A DNA stretch of 62,923 nt, counting the filler, from Deltaproteobacteria bacterium (lineage in GTDB: Bacteria > JAEEML01), in assembly GCA_016283195.1 (NCBI GenBank). It is 3 parts of 3 records of this genome, joined end to end, with 100 filler letters (N's around TTAATTAATTAA, not from the genome) between each part and the next. Parts side by side here need not be neighbours in the genome. Positions count along the whole stretch, not along the records: positions 1 to 17,005 come from JAEEML010000117.1; positions 17,106 to 33,968 come from JAEEML010000118.1; 1 more part is not named here. One strand, 5' to 3'. Positions 9,855 through 20,015 of this stretch are shown here, piece by piece. Both the position numbers and the translations under genes were made by a program. Under the pieces are notes generated by a model, which searched no databases, was not told the origin of the DNA, and saw nothing but the letters and a program-made list of their open reading frames with translations. Every line of letters starts with the position of its first letter. The stretch's first letter is position 1.

Positions 9855-10637
9855 ATGCGGTTATTTTTATTAGCTATCTTATTTATTTTATTAAATAGTT
9901 GTCATAGCGGCACCACCCTGCTCCACTTGCAATCCTCCGGCAGCATAAGCCAGGAAAACGCCTTAAAAATACTTGAAAAGCAGGATGGCCGCGGTGATTT
10001 ACTGCCCTTTTGCGAAGAACTCCGCTACTTAAAAGAAAGAAAAAGTTTTGCCTGTAAAAGGAACGGCCGGTGGGGGCTTTTAAGTGCGCGCGGCTATTTG
10101 CTCATAAAGCCGGAATGCCAAAATATCGCCTATTATAAAACAGCTAAAAAATCTGCTTTGCAAAGTCTGTACCTTTGCGAATTTACTGATAAAACTACTT
10201 TATATAATTCTAGTGGAAATTCCCTTAGAACAGCAAATAATAGTGAGTATCTTTATGGCCGGGGCTTTAAAAAGGAGCTCATTTTGATAAAGGAGGGCCA
10301 GCTTTTGGGCCTCATGGATAAAGATGGGCAGCAGCTTTTAGAGCCCATCTACGAAGAGATTGACTGCACCTATTTCTACACCGGCCGCTACTCGCGTGAT
10401 GAGCGGGCCTGTCTTTTGCGCAAAAACGGCAAAGTAGGCATTATCCGTCACACCGGCCAGTTGGTTTTTGACGCAATTTGTGACGAAGCTATGGTAGGTA
10501 AAATGATTAGCAATTGGAGCTATAAGTGCATAAAGGGCGACAAGGCTTTTTACTATAACCGCAAGTTAGAGCTAGTGCGCGTGGCTCCTAAGGATGACGA
10601 TATCGCCGGGAATTACAAGCGGCGGCGCATGCCTTAA
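9855..10637 (+). CDS. WG-repeat lipoprotein
   Basis: Lipobox LNSC; repeats NGRWGLLS..G, GQLLGLMDKDGQQLLEPIYE, NGKVGII..TG. Confidence 0.75.
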   Translation: MRLFLLAILFILLNSCHSGTTLLHLQSSGSISQENALKILEKQDGRGDLLPFCEELRYLKERKSFACKRNGRWGLLSARGYLLIKPECQNIAYYKTAKKSALQSLYLCEFTDKTTLYNSSGNSLRTANNSEYLYGRGFKKELILIKEGQLLGLMDKDGQQLLEPIYEEIDCTYFYTGRYSRDERACLLRKNGKVGIIRHTGQLVFDAICDEAMVGKMISNWSYKCIKGDKAFYYNRKLELVRVAPKDDDIAGNYKRRRMP

Positions 10638-11967
10638 AAACCTCCAGTTGAAGCTCTGCCTGTTTTTGCCAAAAATCATAGCCGGTTATAGCTTTTTTGC
10701 CCATTTGCCGCGCCGTAGTTATAAGCGGAGTCTCAGCTCCGGCCATCACTAAATCAAGAACAATTTCCGGCAGATTGGCACTTTTTATTGGTAGCATCTC
10801 ACCATTATAGCCCAGGGGCGTAGCGTTGATGAGCATATCAGCGCCGGCAGTTTCTCGCCCCCATGGTTGCCAATTTGCTGTAAAATCAGGCTTTTTTCGG
10901 CTGTACACGGTAACACTCACTCCGGCATCCAAAAGCGCAAAATAAAGGGCCCTGGCTGCCCCGCCGGCGCCTAAAATAGCCGCCGTATGCACCTTGCCTT
11001 TTAGCGGGGCTATGAGCTCACGCATAGCCAGATAATCGCTATTATCGCCAAAAAGCTCACCGCCCCTTCTATAGACCAAGGTATTGACCGCCCTACTCTT
11101 TTCCGCCGCTAAACTCCGCCCCCCGGCCAGAGTAAATGCCGCGCTTTTATTGGGCATGGTTACACTGGCGCCGGTGAGTCCAAGAGCGCGAAAAAGCGGC
11201 AGAGCAACCGGCAAATTATTTGTAATTACAGGGAAATATGCTATTTTTTCGCTATCAATCATTTGCTGATTGTAATAAGCAAATCCCGGCGAATGGCATA
11301 TTTGCGCTCCCCCGAAAAGAGCAAAAAAATTCTCATTAGCGGCACTAATTTCATGCCAATCATGGGCGCTAACAAGCCCAAATAAAGCCGCCTCCTCCAG
11401 CGATATTTGCCCCGGGGCCGTAGCGAGTGACGCTTCTGGGCAAATATATGTCCACAGCGAACCCATTTTTCTATAAATCAGGCGCGATATTTTACCGGCC
11501 TCCCCCATGGCTATAAGAATAAACGGGCGGCCTGCGGCGGCGGTGAGCTCCTTTAAGCGGGAGAGCTCAGCCGCATCTTGGACTAAAACGGCTAATTTTA
11601 GAATATCACCTGGCGAATTTTCTAATTCTTTCCACAAATTAGACCATTTCTGCGGTGCATATTCATATTCATGAGCAGAAACGATAATCTGCCCGCCGCC
11701 TTTCAGTCGTGCCGCCCAGATGCCAGCATTTTCCAGCGGTATATCGATATACCCGGCCCCGACCTCGCTGGCCGCAGCGGCAAATTTTTCATTCGGCTCT
11801 TTAACGGTCAAAATAACTTTTTGCGGATCAAAATAATTCTTTATATTTTCTACTGCCAGCTCATCGGTTAACAAATCAAGCCTAATTTCCTGATAAAATT
11901 CAGGATATTTGTTTAGCCGCGCCAATACGGCAGCACCATTCTTTTCGTTGCCAGTCAAAACAATCAT
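10588..11967 (-). CDS. aroE: Fused type I 3-dehydroquinate dehydratase / shikimate dehydrogenase (AroD-AroE)
   Basis: AroD motifs EIRLD, IIVSAH, DILKLAV, IAMGEAGKISR, APGQ. AroE motifs SVTMPNK, AVNTL, GDNSD, ILGAGGAARA, INATPLG. Confidence 0.9.
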   Translation of the reverse strand: MIVLTGNEKNGAAVLARLNKYPEFYQEIRLDLLTDELAVENIKNYFDPQKVILTVKEPNEKFAAAASEVGAGYIDIPLENAGIWAARLKGGGQIIVSAHEYEYAPQKWSNLWKELENSPGDILKLAVLVQDAAELSRLKELTAAAGRPFILIAMGEAGKISRLIYRKMGSLWTYICPEASLATAPGQISLEEAALFGLVSAHDWHEISAANENFFALFGGAQICHSPGFAYYNQQMIDSEKIAYFPVITNNLPVALPLFRALGLTGASVTMPNKSAAFTLAGGRSLAAEKSRAVNTLVYRRGGELFGDNSDYLAMRELIAPLKGKVHTAAILGAGGAARALYFALLDAGVSVTVYSRKKPDFTANWQPWGRETAGADMLINATPLGYNGEMLPIKSANLPEIVLDLVMAGAETPLITTARQMGKKAITGYDFWQKQAELQLEVFKACAAACNSRRYRHP

Positions 11968-13019
11968 GGCCAATTTGCCGCTATCTCAGCAGGCGTCACC
12001 GCCAGCGTATAAGCGCCTTCATCCATACAAGGATGGCCGATTTTTTGTGGCAACACCATGCGCACCTGACCGGCTAACCTTTTTTTATCATTCAGCAAAT
12101 AGCGAGCCGCTCTTTTAAAAGATACCGGCGGAACAAGCGGCAGATTTAGACGCGCCAAGAGATTTTTAAGGCGCATAAAATCAGCCTCCGGCAAAATGCC
12201 GCGTTTATGGGCCATTCCGGCGGCCAAAACCATGCCTATGGCCACCGCTTCACCATGCGAAAGCTCCTTTTTGGCCAGTTCCAGAGCATGACCTATTGTA
12301 TGGCCAAAATTCAAAAGCTGCCTCTTACCTTTATCAAAATTATCTGCGCTGACGAGAGCTATTTTCAGCTCTATGGCTCGCTCGATAATATCTCGGTCCA
12401 TATCTTGCGAAATAGTGGGCATCTTCTCCAGTTTTGCAAACAGCTCTTCATCACAAATATAAGCAATTTTAGCTATTTCTGCCATTCCCTCAGCCAGCTG
12501 GCGCGGCGGCAGAGTGGCCAAGAAGCTAGGCTCTATATAAAGCCGCTCCGGCAAATAAAAGGCCCCCACCAGGTTTTTTCCGCCCGGCAGGTTAAGTGCC
12601 GACTTGGCGCCTATGGCCGCATCGCACATGGCCAGCAAAGAGGTGGGCATGAGCCACAGCGGCAAGCCGCGCAAATAAGTGGCCGCCACAAAAGCGGCAA
12701 TATCGGTGGAAACTCCGCCGCCCAGGCCTAAAATAATAGTCTCTCTATCGGCATGAATAGCGGCCAGTTTTTTTATAAGGCGCGTAAAAGTGGCGATATT
12801 CTTACTTTTTTCACCTGGCCTAATGGCCAGAACATGAACACTGGCGCCCTTTTCTCGCAAACCGGCGGCAATTTTCGCGCCGTAATGAGCCAGCACCGTG
12901 GCATCGCCTACTATAACTACTCGGCAACCGCAAAGAGACGGCAATTTACTCAAAACGTCATTATTACAAATAGTTATCTGGCAAGTGTGTCCTGCAAAAG
13001 AATAGCTTTCTATTGTCAT
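11964..13019 (-). CDS. aroB: 3-dehydroquinate synthase
   Basis: GEKSK, LGGGV.TD, PTSLLAMCDAAIGAK, KNLVGAFY.P, LLNFGHTIGHALE, HGEAVAIG. Confidence 0.96.
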   Translation of the reverse strand: MTIESYSFAGHTCQITICNNDVLSKLPSLCGCRVVIVGDATVLAHYGAKIAAGLREKGASVHVLAIRPGEKSKNIATFTRLIKKLAAIHADRETIILGLGGGVSTDIAAFVAATYLRGLPLWLMPTSLLAMCDAAIGAKSALNLPGGKNLVGAFYLPERLYIEPSFLATLPPRQLAEGMAEIAKIAYICDEELFAKLEKMPTISQDMDRDIIERAIELKIALVSADNFDKGKRQLLNFGHTIGHALELAKKELSHGEAVAIGMVLAAGMAHKRGILPEADFMRLKNLLARLNLPLVPPVSFKRAARYLLNDKKRLAGQVRMVLPQKIGHPCMDEGAYTLAVTPAEIAANWP

Positions 13020-13158
13020 AATTTCCGCCTCGCCAAAAAAACAGGCTCTCTGCATATTGAGAGCCGTAACTCGCCACGTCAAGAGGATTTTACCCTTTTG
13101 GCCCATTTTTCATTAAGCGCTTGCCGCCACAATTCACTGCCATTTTTCTCTTTCCTTA

Positions 13159-13187
13159 TTGACCTCTTCACGGCCGGCGACTAGTAT
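13159..13187 (+). promoter_or_regulatory. Putative sigma70 promoter for the OB-fold lipoprotein / 5'-nucleotidase genes
   Basis: TTGACC-17 nt-TAGTAT about 50 bp upstream of an AGGAGG RBS and the ATG at 13240. Confidence 0.55.
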
Positions 13188-13239
13188 AGTAATTGTTGTC
13201 ACGGCGTTTTCATGCGCCAAATCACAAAGGAGGTTCCCA

Positions 13240-14889
13240 ATGCGTAAGTATCTACCGTTCATGCTCTCTCTTTGCCTGGCTCTGCCTTTTGGCACATCAT
13301 GCGGCAACACCAATGGCACAAACAATTCGCAAAATTCGCATACGACTCCCGGCGGAACCCGTCCCGGTGGTAACAATAACAATAATAATAACAACAACAA
13401 TAATAACAATAATACGAATGCTAATAGCATAATCGCCCGCATCCAAAAGGGCGAAATTGCTAAAGATGCCAAAGTTACTGTTAACGATGTCATCATCACT
13501 GCCGTTGAAACATATACCAAAAAGAATCAAGAAACAGGCAAATTCGAACCAACTGGAATTCCTGGCTTTTTCGTCTCCGACATGATAGCCACCGCCCAGC
13601 CTTATACCGGCATTTACGTCAACTTGGCCCAAATAGCCGAACCGGGCGCCTTCAAAATCGGCGATGTCGTAGAAATCCAAGGTCAGGCTGATAATTACTA
13701 TGGCTCCAAACAAATCGGCAAAGCCAGTGTGCAGAAAACCGGCACCGGCACTGTGCCTGCTCCGGCCGTTATCAGCGATGTAGCCTCTGTTGCCACTAAA
13801 TATGAATTAAATGAGGCCGGCGGTTTTTATGCTCCTGCCTCAACTTCTGGCAACTTGGCCGCTCAATATGCCGGCGTGCTGGTAAAAGTAGAGAACGTAA
13901 AAGTCACCAACGAAAAAATTAGTTCTCTAAAAAGCAACTGTAAAGATCCGAAAGCCGAGCCGGTTGCTGAAGATTGTCTCGCTAATACCGGCTTTGAAGT
14001 TGGCGGCGCTCTCGTTGTGAGCAACGAAAATATGTACTATGTGTCTGATTCTCTGCGCAAAAAAGGTGTTGAATTTACGTCAATTACCGGCATTATTGAT
14101 TACAATTACAGTGCTTATGTCCTCCTCCCCCGCATGGCTGAAGATGTAGTGAAAAAAAGCGGCGGCAATAATAACAACCATGACAGCAGTTCCGATTATG
14201 CTGAAACCGCTCTTACAGAAATTAACGCCGGCAATGTTGATGAAGATGCCAAAGTTACCGTGACCGGTGTTGTGGTAACCGATCCATTCCAAACCGACTA
14301 TGGCCACTCCTTCTACATGACAGCTAAAGAGGGCGGCGTCGGTAACACTCTTTATATTTACAATGTTTCCAACAAAGCCAATGCAGAGCCCGAACGTGGT
14401 TCCGAAGTTACCATCAAAGGCAAAGTTGCTAGCTACTATGGCACTTGGGAAGTCATCGGTTCCGGTGAAGATAATCTAACCATTGGTTCAAAAGTAGCCG
14501 AGCCGGCTGCTACCACCCTCACTCTGCCCGTCGGCGAAGCCCAAGTTGGAACTCTGGCCAAAATCGAAAATCTCACCATTAAAGAGCTCGCCGACAATTA
14601 TTGCGATGGCTCGATTACTGTTAATGACAGCAATAGAGAAGAATACGAAGATAATGGCGGCAACTACTGCACTGCCACTCTCACCGATGGCGAACACGAT
14701 ATCAAAGTAAAATATAGCTCAATCGAACAATACAAAGCCGCCACTAAAGAGGCTATCGGCGAAACTTTGACAGATGGAAATGCTGCTGTTAGCGACGAAG
14801 TTGTTATCACCGGCCTCGTGGTCATTAATTTTAACGAGGTAGTTATCACACCGCGCACCGAAGATGATATTGTTGTTACGCATAAATGA
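13240..14889 (+). CDS. Lipoprotein with tandem OB-fold-like domains (YhcR/ExeM-like nucleic-acid-binding type)
   Basis: Lipobox-like FGTSC after a signal peptide; poly-Asn linker; two repeated modules (KVTV..V..T..GFFV/FYM..G..V.I.G.V..YYG; GVLVKVENV..SITGIIDYNY..LLPR). Confidence 0.7.
   Translation: MRKYLPFMLSLCLALPFGTSCGNTNGTNNSQNSHTTPGGTRPGGNNNNNNNNNNNNNNTNANSIIARIQKGEIAKDAKVTVNDVIITAVETYTKKNQETGKFEPTGIPGFFVSDMIATAQPYTGIYVNLAQIAEPGAFKIGDVVEIQGQADNYYGSKQIGKASVQKTGTGTVPAPAVISDVASVATKYELNEAGGFYAPASTSGNLAAQYAGVLVKVENVKVTNEKISSLKSNCKDPKAEPVAEDCLANTGFEVGGALVVSNENMYYVSDSLRKKGVEFTSITGIIDYNYSAYVLLPRMAEDVVKKSGGNNNNHDSSSDYAETALTEINAGNVDEDAKVTVTGVVVTDPFQTDYGHSFYMTAKEGGVGNTLYIYNVSNKANAEPERGSEVTIKGKVASYYGTWEVIGSGEDNLTIGSKVAEPAATTLTLPVGEAQVGTLAKIENLTIKELADNYCDGSITVNDSNREEYEDNGGNYCTATLTDGEHDIKVKYSSIEQYKAATKEAIGETLTDGNAAVSDEVVITGLVVINFNEVVITPRTEDDIVVTHK
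13372..13413 (+). repeat. (AAY)14 trinucleotide tract encoding poly-Asn
   Basis: aacaataacaataataataacaacaacaataataacaataat read directly from the sequence. Confidence 0.9.
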
Positions 14890-14949
14890 TTTTTTAACCC
14901 CAATAATTTGATTTTTAATTTTTAAAATTCAAGCGCTAGGGATTTTCCC

Positions 14950-17005
14950 ATGAATAAAAAATTCCTCCTTGCTACGGCCGCCTGCTTTTTAATACCACTG
15001 GTCGGCTGCATGCAAACTACTTATGTCGATGCGCCAGCGGATAGCTCTATTCCTAAAAAGCTGGTTGTTTTGCACACCACCGATACGCACGCCAAATTTT
15101 TACCCTTTTGGCTGGAACCCAACACCTTTGATGTGCAAGACGGCTTTAACAGCTCTAACCCACCCTGCTGGGATTTAAATTATAACGGCGGCGGCTCTTA
15201 TTGCGATGGCGCCTATGACGCCAAGCGTGGCAAATACAAAATTTGGGCCAATTCCAAATACGTCTATATGACCAAAGCGGAGCTTCTTGCCGGCGGTTAT
15301 AAGCTGGAGGATTTTAACCATGACGGCCAGTGCGATGTGCGCGACTGTCAGCGCTGCTGGGATTTAAATCGCAACAACGATTGCGACAGCGACGAGGATG
15401 TGGACGGTGTGCTTGGTTGCGATGAAGGCGATTGTCAAAAACGCATTGCCGAGCAAGCCGTCTTCGCCTGCTGGGATATGCCCGATGCCGCCGGTGAGCA
15501 TAATTATCGCTGCGACAAGAGCGAAGATATCAACCACGACCATGAGTGCAACTTCCAGGATTGCGCCAAAGTTTATGATAAAAATCACAACTTTAAATGC
15601 GATAATGCTTGGAGCCCGCAATTTGGCACCTACTTAGATGACGACGGTTACCCCATTCTTATTGAGGATTACCCCGACGAGAGCGCTTACAACATTGCTT
15701 TCACCGGCGCACAAACAAAATCAGAAGACTTAAACCGCGATGGCTATTGTGATGTTAACGATTACCGCCCCGGCCTGGTGGATGCCGGCGGCGTAGCCCG
15801 CGCCACCACCTTACAAAAAGAGCTCATTGCCAAACATGTGGGCACCCCGATTTTGCGCCTCGATAGCGGCGACATTTTCCAGGGCGCTCCGCAATTCAAC
15901 CTCTTTAAAGGCTATTTGGAATTTTTAAGCCACTCCAAAATGGGCGTGGAAGCCATGACCATCGGCAACCACGAATTTGATAACGGGACAAAAGGCCTGG
16001 TCGCCGCCTACAACAAAAGCGGCGGTATCCCTGTATTATCAGCTAATTATATCTTTGATGAGGAAGATCACAAAGGGCTTAGAAACATTGTGCGCCCATA
16101 TATGACTTTTGAAAAGGGCCAGCTCAAAATCGGCGTCATTGGCCTCGGCAACGATACAACTTTAACTTCTGTTTATAATGTTTCTTCCAGCCTGGGCTTT
16201 AACGCTTATGACCCGGTGACTATTGCCCAGCAATATGTAGATTTACTGCGCTCCTCCTGCGATCTCATCATCCTCCTCACACACCAAGGGCTTGATCAGG
16301 ATTATGTTCTGGCCGAAAAAGTCAAAGGAGTGGATCTTATTTTAGGCGGCCACCACCATGTGGTTTTAAACCCGGTGAAGGTGATGCACGGCCCCGATGG
16401 CCGCGACGTTTTGGTAGTGCATAGCGGCGTCAATTATAAGGTGATGGGCGAACTCGAGATGATAATTAAAGATCAGCACATTGCCTGGCATAAATATAGT
16501 GTCCATAATATCACCAGCAAAATAGCACCAGATGCCAAAATGATGAATATTTTGGAGCCCTTTGAAGAGGCTCTCCGTGATGCTCAGGATTTAACCAAAG
16601 TTGTTGGGCGCGCCACCTCCACCATCGCCCGCAACGACCCCAACGGCGGTGACTCACCACTGGGCAATTTGGTTACCGATGCTATGCTGAGAAATGAGAT
16701 GGCCCGCGCGCAGTTCGCCGTCACCAATCACATGGGTATCCGCGCCGATATCCCGACAGGCGATATTACTCTGGAAAAGCTCTATGAAGTATTTCCCTTT
16801 GAAAATACCATAGTTACCATGTATCTCTCTGGCAGAGAGATTAAAGAAATGTTTGATTTTATTGCCCGCCGTTCCGCTTCTCGCGGCTGCTCTACCCAGG
16901 TGCAGGTCTCCGGCATCAATGTGGTTATAGATTGCAGTCCGGATGAAGACAAAATAGCGGAATATAACTCCTATGCTCTAACTAAAGACCTCTCAATCGG
17001 AGAAA
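14950..17005 (+). CDS. 5'-nucleotidase/UshA-family metallophosphoesterase lipoprotein with a Cys-rich insertion (3'-truncated at contig end)
   Basis: Lipobox LVGC; LHTTDTH, LDSGDIFQG, IGNHEFD, LTHQG and GGHHH metallophosphoesterase motifs; C-terminal DSPLGNLVTDA, NHMGIR, FPFEN, QVSG. Confidence 0.93.
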
Positions 17006-17105
17006 NNNNNNNNNNNNNNNNNNNNNNNNNNNNNNNNNNNNNNNNNNNNTTAATTAATTAANNNNNNNNNNNNNNNNNNNNNNNNNNNNNNNNNNNNNNN
17101 NNNNN
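17006..17105. other. Artificial contig linker (44N-TTAATTAATTAA-44N)
   Basis: N runs around a six-frame stop linker; unrelated ORFs are truncated on either side. Confidence 0.98.
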
Positions 17106-17106
17106 A

Positions 17107-17703
17107 GCGGAGCTAATAACGACTATTCAGGCGGAGACCGAGCGGGCAGTAAAAGTGATGGGGGAGAGCAAAGGAGTAATAGCCGCAGGGGCAAAACTGG
17201 GCAAAGAAGCGCAAGAAGCCTTTGATAAGCTGAGAAAATCTGCAGATAAATCGATAGAGCAGGCCAAAGCATTAGCCAAAGCAACAGCTGAGCAAGCAAG
17301 CGATGTGCGGGCAGTAACAGGAGCCATAGAGAGCATCACTGGGACCGTGGGAGAGATAAATAGCTCAGCGCAAAATCAGGCCCAAGGGGCAGCCGCACTC
17401 AATAAAGCGGCCGAAAAGATGAATTTGCTTAATCAGCAAGTGGCAAAATCGAGCGAGGAGCAGGCCCGCTCGGCCAAAGATGTATTAAAAGCTATCCAGA
17501 ATATTTCGGAAATGTCGGCTCTCGTCAATAAACGGCAGGAGAGCCAGATAGCGGCCACCAAAGAGGCGGCCGGCGCTGTTGAATTTGTGGATAAAAATGC
17601 CGTTATGCAAAATAGAGCAGCCGATAAACTGGGCAATATTATTGCCACCATTAATGAGCAGCTAAAAGAACTAACTGTTTTTACAGAGGAATTTAAAATT
17701 TAG
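17107..17703 (+). CDS. Methyl-accepting chemotaxis protein 1, C-terminal part (5'-truncated)
   Basis: AELITTIQ.E...[12 protein letters not shown]...EFKI aligns with the C-termini of the downstream MCPs. Confidence 0.92.
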   Translation, partial: AELITTIQAETERAVKVMGESKGVIAAGAKLGKEAQEAFDKLRKSADKSIEQAKALAKATAEQASDVRAVTGAIESITGTVGEINSSAQNQAQGAAALNKAAEKMNLLNQQVAKSSEEQARSAKDVLKAIQNISEMSALVNKRQESQIAATKEAAGAVEFVDKNAVMQNRAADKLGNIIATINEQLKELTVFTEEFKI

Positions 17704-17864
17704 CTAGCCTATGCCAAGAGCTTTTTTTAAAAAAAGGAAACTAAGGAAATAAATGCAAAAATCGCTGTTATCTATTGAACAATTGCTTTGCTACTGTTAG
17801 GCTGACTTTTGTTAGATGGGGTGGTTCTCACCCGGGTGCTTACTCTAACCACATGGAGTTCACC

Positions 17865-19946
17865 ATGATTAGTGCTTCGCTCGAAGATAAAAACATCACA
17901 GTCGATCCCAAAGAAGCAATTAAATACCGGCTAAGACACACGATAAGTATTTTTTGTGCGGTCGGCGGTTTTTTTATTGCCATAATTGTAATTTTCATGA
18001 TGACCTATGTCATTAGATCCTATAATTTACAAATATCCACGCAGTATGTGCGTTTTATCGCTCCGGCGGTGGAAAAAGCTCTGCAAAACGGGGCCTCGCC
18101 GGAGGCTCTTAACCAAGAGCTTACAGCCCTTGAAAATCTGGAAACCATTGCCTACGGTGCCCTTATTAATAATAACGGTCATCTTCTTGCCGAATGGCAA
18201 CGTGCCAGCAATAATACTGTATTTAACCATAAAAAAGCTGCCGGAATCGATTTAAATGAGGCTACTGTGAAAGACGGTGCCGTTTATATAAAAACGGCGC
18301 TGGATGCCGGTAAAAAGTATTATATGCTCCTGGGTATTGATTCCTCCACCATAGTTAAAGATTCCTTTTATCGCAGCCGCCACTTCTATTTTCCCTATAT
18401 TTTAGGCGTAATCGGTATTTGTCTTTTGGCGCTCTTTTTGGCCCAGACGCACGTTGGTTATCCGCTCCATAATTTGGGTGAAACAGCTTCAAAAATGCTG
18501 CTCGCCGGCGATCTTACTACAGTTTTGCCGGTGGAAGTTAATACCGAAATCGGTCAACTGACAGTGGTTATCAATACTTTGACGCAGAAAATGCGCCATA
18601 CTCTGGAGGCCTTAAAGGAGGCCTGTAGTGAATTTGAAGAGGTGGCCGGTGAACTCGCTGATGCCGGCGGTAAAGTTTCAAACGGCTCGCTCGTTATTAA
18701 AGAACACACCGATGTTACAGCTAAGAAAATGGAAGAACTTACGAGCTCTTTTATGAATATAACCAATAAATTACAAGAGCTCAACGCCCAGTCGGAGCGC
18801 GGCTCCACTACAGTTTACGAGATGAGCCAGGTCAATCAGGAAATGTTTGACAATGTAAGTGCTATGAGTGCCTCGGTGACCCAGTCGATAGGCGCCATAA
18901 AGCAGATGACCGAGGCCATTGACGAGACTTCCGGCTATATGGTTCAGCTCAATAATGATATCGGCAGTGTTAATGCCGCTATGGGGCGCCTGGATACCTC
19001 CATTGATATGGAAGAAAAAAGTGCCAAAGAGTCTATTGCCCTTTCTAAAGAGCTTTCGGTAAATGCCGAAAGCGGGATGCGGGCTCTCGAAGAAACCATC
19101 GGCGGAATAGAACAAATTCAAAAAAGCTCATTTGAAACTGCGAGTGTGGTTGCCGCTCTCGGCAACCATGCTATGGATATCGGCAATATTTTGCATGTGA
19201 TAGACGATGTAACCAAACAAACCAATCTTTTAGCCCTAAATGCCGCTATTATTTCCGCTCAGGCCGGGGAGCACGGGCGCGGTTTTGCTGTTGTGGCCGA
19301 TGAAATCGGGGCTCTGGCCAGCCGCACCAAAGATTCCACCAAAGAAATAGCCGAACTCATTGCCACCATTCAGGACGAATCCAAAGAGGCGGTGGCCGTG
19401 ATGCAAGAAAACAATGCCACCATCGAGAGTGGAGTAAACCTCGGAGCTCAGGCCGCGGAGGCTTTTGCTCGCCTCAAAAATACTGCCGATAAATCAACTG
19501 CCCAGGCCGAGAATCTGGCTAAGGCCACGATTGAGCAAGCCAATGATGTGCGGGCGGTGACCGGAGCTGTTAGCGGCATAATTTCCACAGTAGAGGCGAT
19601 TAATACTTCGGCCCATCGGCAGGCCGACGATGCCGCTGCGCTTAATACCGCTTCCGGCAAAATGAATCTCATCAACCAGCAAGTGGCCCGTTCCAGTGAA
19701 GAGCAGGCCCGCTCGGCCAAAGAGGTTTTAAAAGCTATTAAAAACATTGCCGCCACTTCCGGAGAAGTTAATGAACGCCAGGTGGCCCAAATCGAGAGCA
19801 CCAAGTTGGCTTCTTCTTCCATTGTCGCTGTTGATAGCCGGGCTAAGGCGCAAAATGAATCTTCAAGGCATCTTGAAAGTACTCTGGCCGATATTAAAGA
19901 GCAAATTGCCAAGCTTACGGAATATACGGCCCAGTTTAAAATATAA
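17865..19946 (+). CDS. Methyl-accepting chemotaxis protein 2 (TM-sensor-TM-HAMP-long signalling domain)
   Basis: [30 protein letters not shown] hairpin tip; two TM helices; GGAG RBS before the ATG at 17865. Confidence 0.96.
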   Translation: MISASLEDKNITVDPKEAIKYRLRHTISIFCAVGGFFIAIIVIFMMTYVIRSYNLQISTQYVRFIAPAVEKALQNGASPEALNQELTALENLETIAYGALINNNGHLLAEWQRASNNTVFNHKKAAGIDLNEATVKDGAVYIKTALDAGKKYYMLLGIDSSTIVKDSFYRSRHFYFPYILGVIGICLLALFLAQTHVGYPLHNLGETASKMLLAGDLTTVLPVEVNTEIGQLTVVINTLTQKMRHTLEALKEACSEFEEVAGELADAGGKVSNGSLVIKEHTDVTAKKMEELTSSFMNITNKLQELNAQSERGSTTVYEMSQVNQEMFDNVSAMSASVTQSIGAIKQMTEAIDETSGYMVQLNNDIGSVNAAMGRLDTSIDMEEKSAKESIALSKELSVNAESGMRALEETIGGIEQIQKSSFETASVVAALGNHAMDIGNILHVIDDVTKQTNLLALNAAIISAQAGEHGRGFAVVADEIGALASRTKDSTKEIAELIATIQDESKEAVAVMQENNATIESGVNLGAQAAEAFARLKNTADKSTAQAENLAKATIEQANDVRAVTGAVSGIISTVEAINTSAHRQADDAAALNTASGKMNLINQQVARSSEEQARSAKEVLKAIKNIAATSGEVNERQVAQIESTKLASSSIVAVDSRAKAQNESSRHLESTLADIKEQIAKLTEYTAQFKI

Positions 19947-20015
19947 CCTGGTGTGAAATGAGTTACCGCGTGAAAATCATTTTAACAAAACAAGAGGTTT
20001 TTTAGAGGAGTCAAT

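Noticed and set aside
13134-13520. Poly-Leu membrane protein on the minus strand
   Set aside because: It is the antisense reading of the poly-Asn (AAY)n tract.
17006-17105. TTAATTAATTAA as a biological palindrome, and apparent linkage of the nucleotidase to the MCP array
   Set aside because: It is an artificial six-frame-stop linker in an N gap, repeated identically at 33969-34068. The ORF-track ends at 17061 and 34021 are artefacts.
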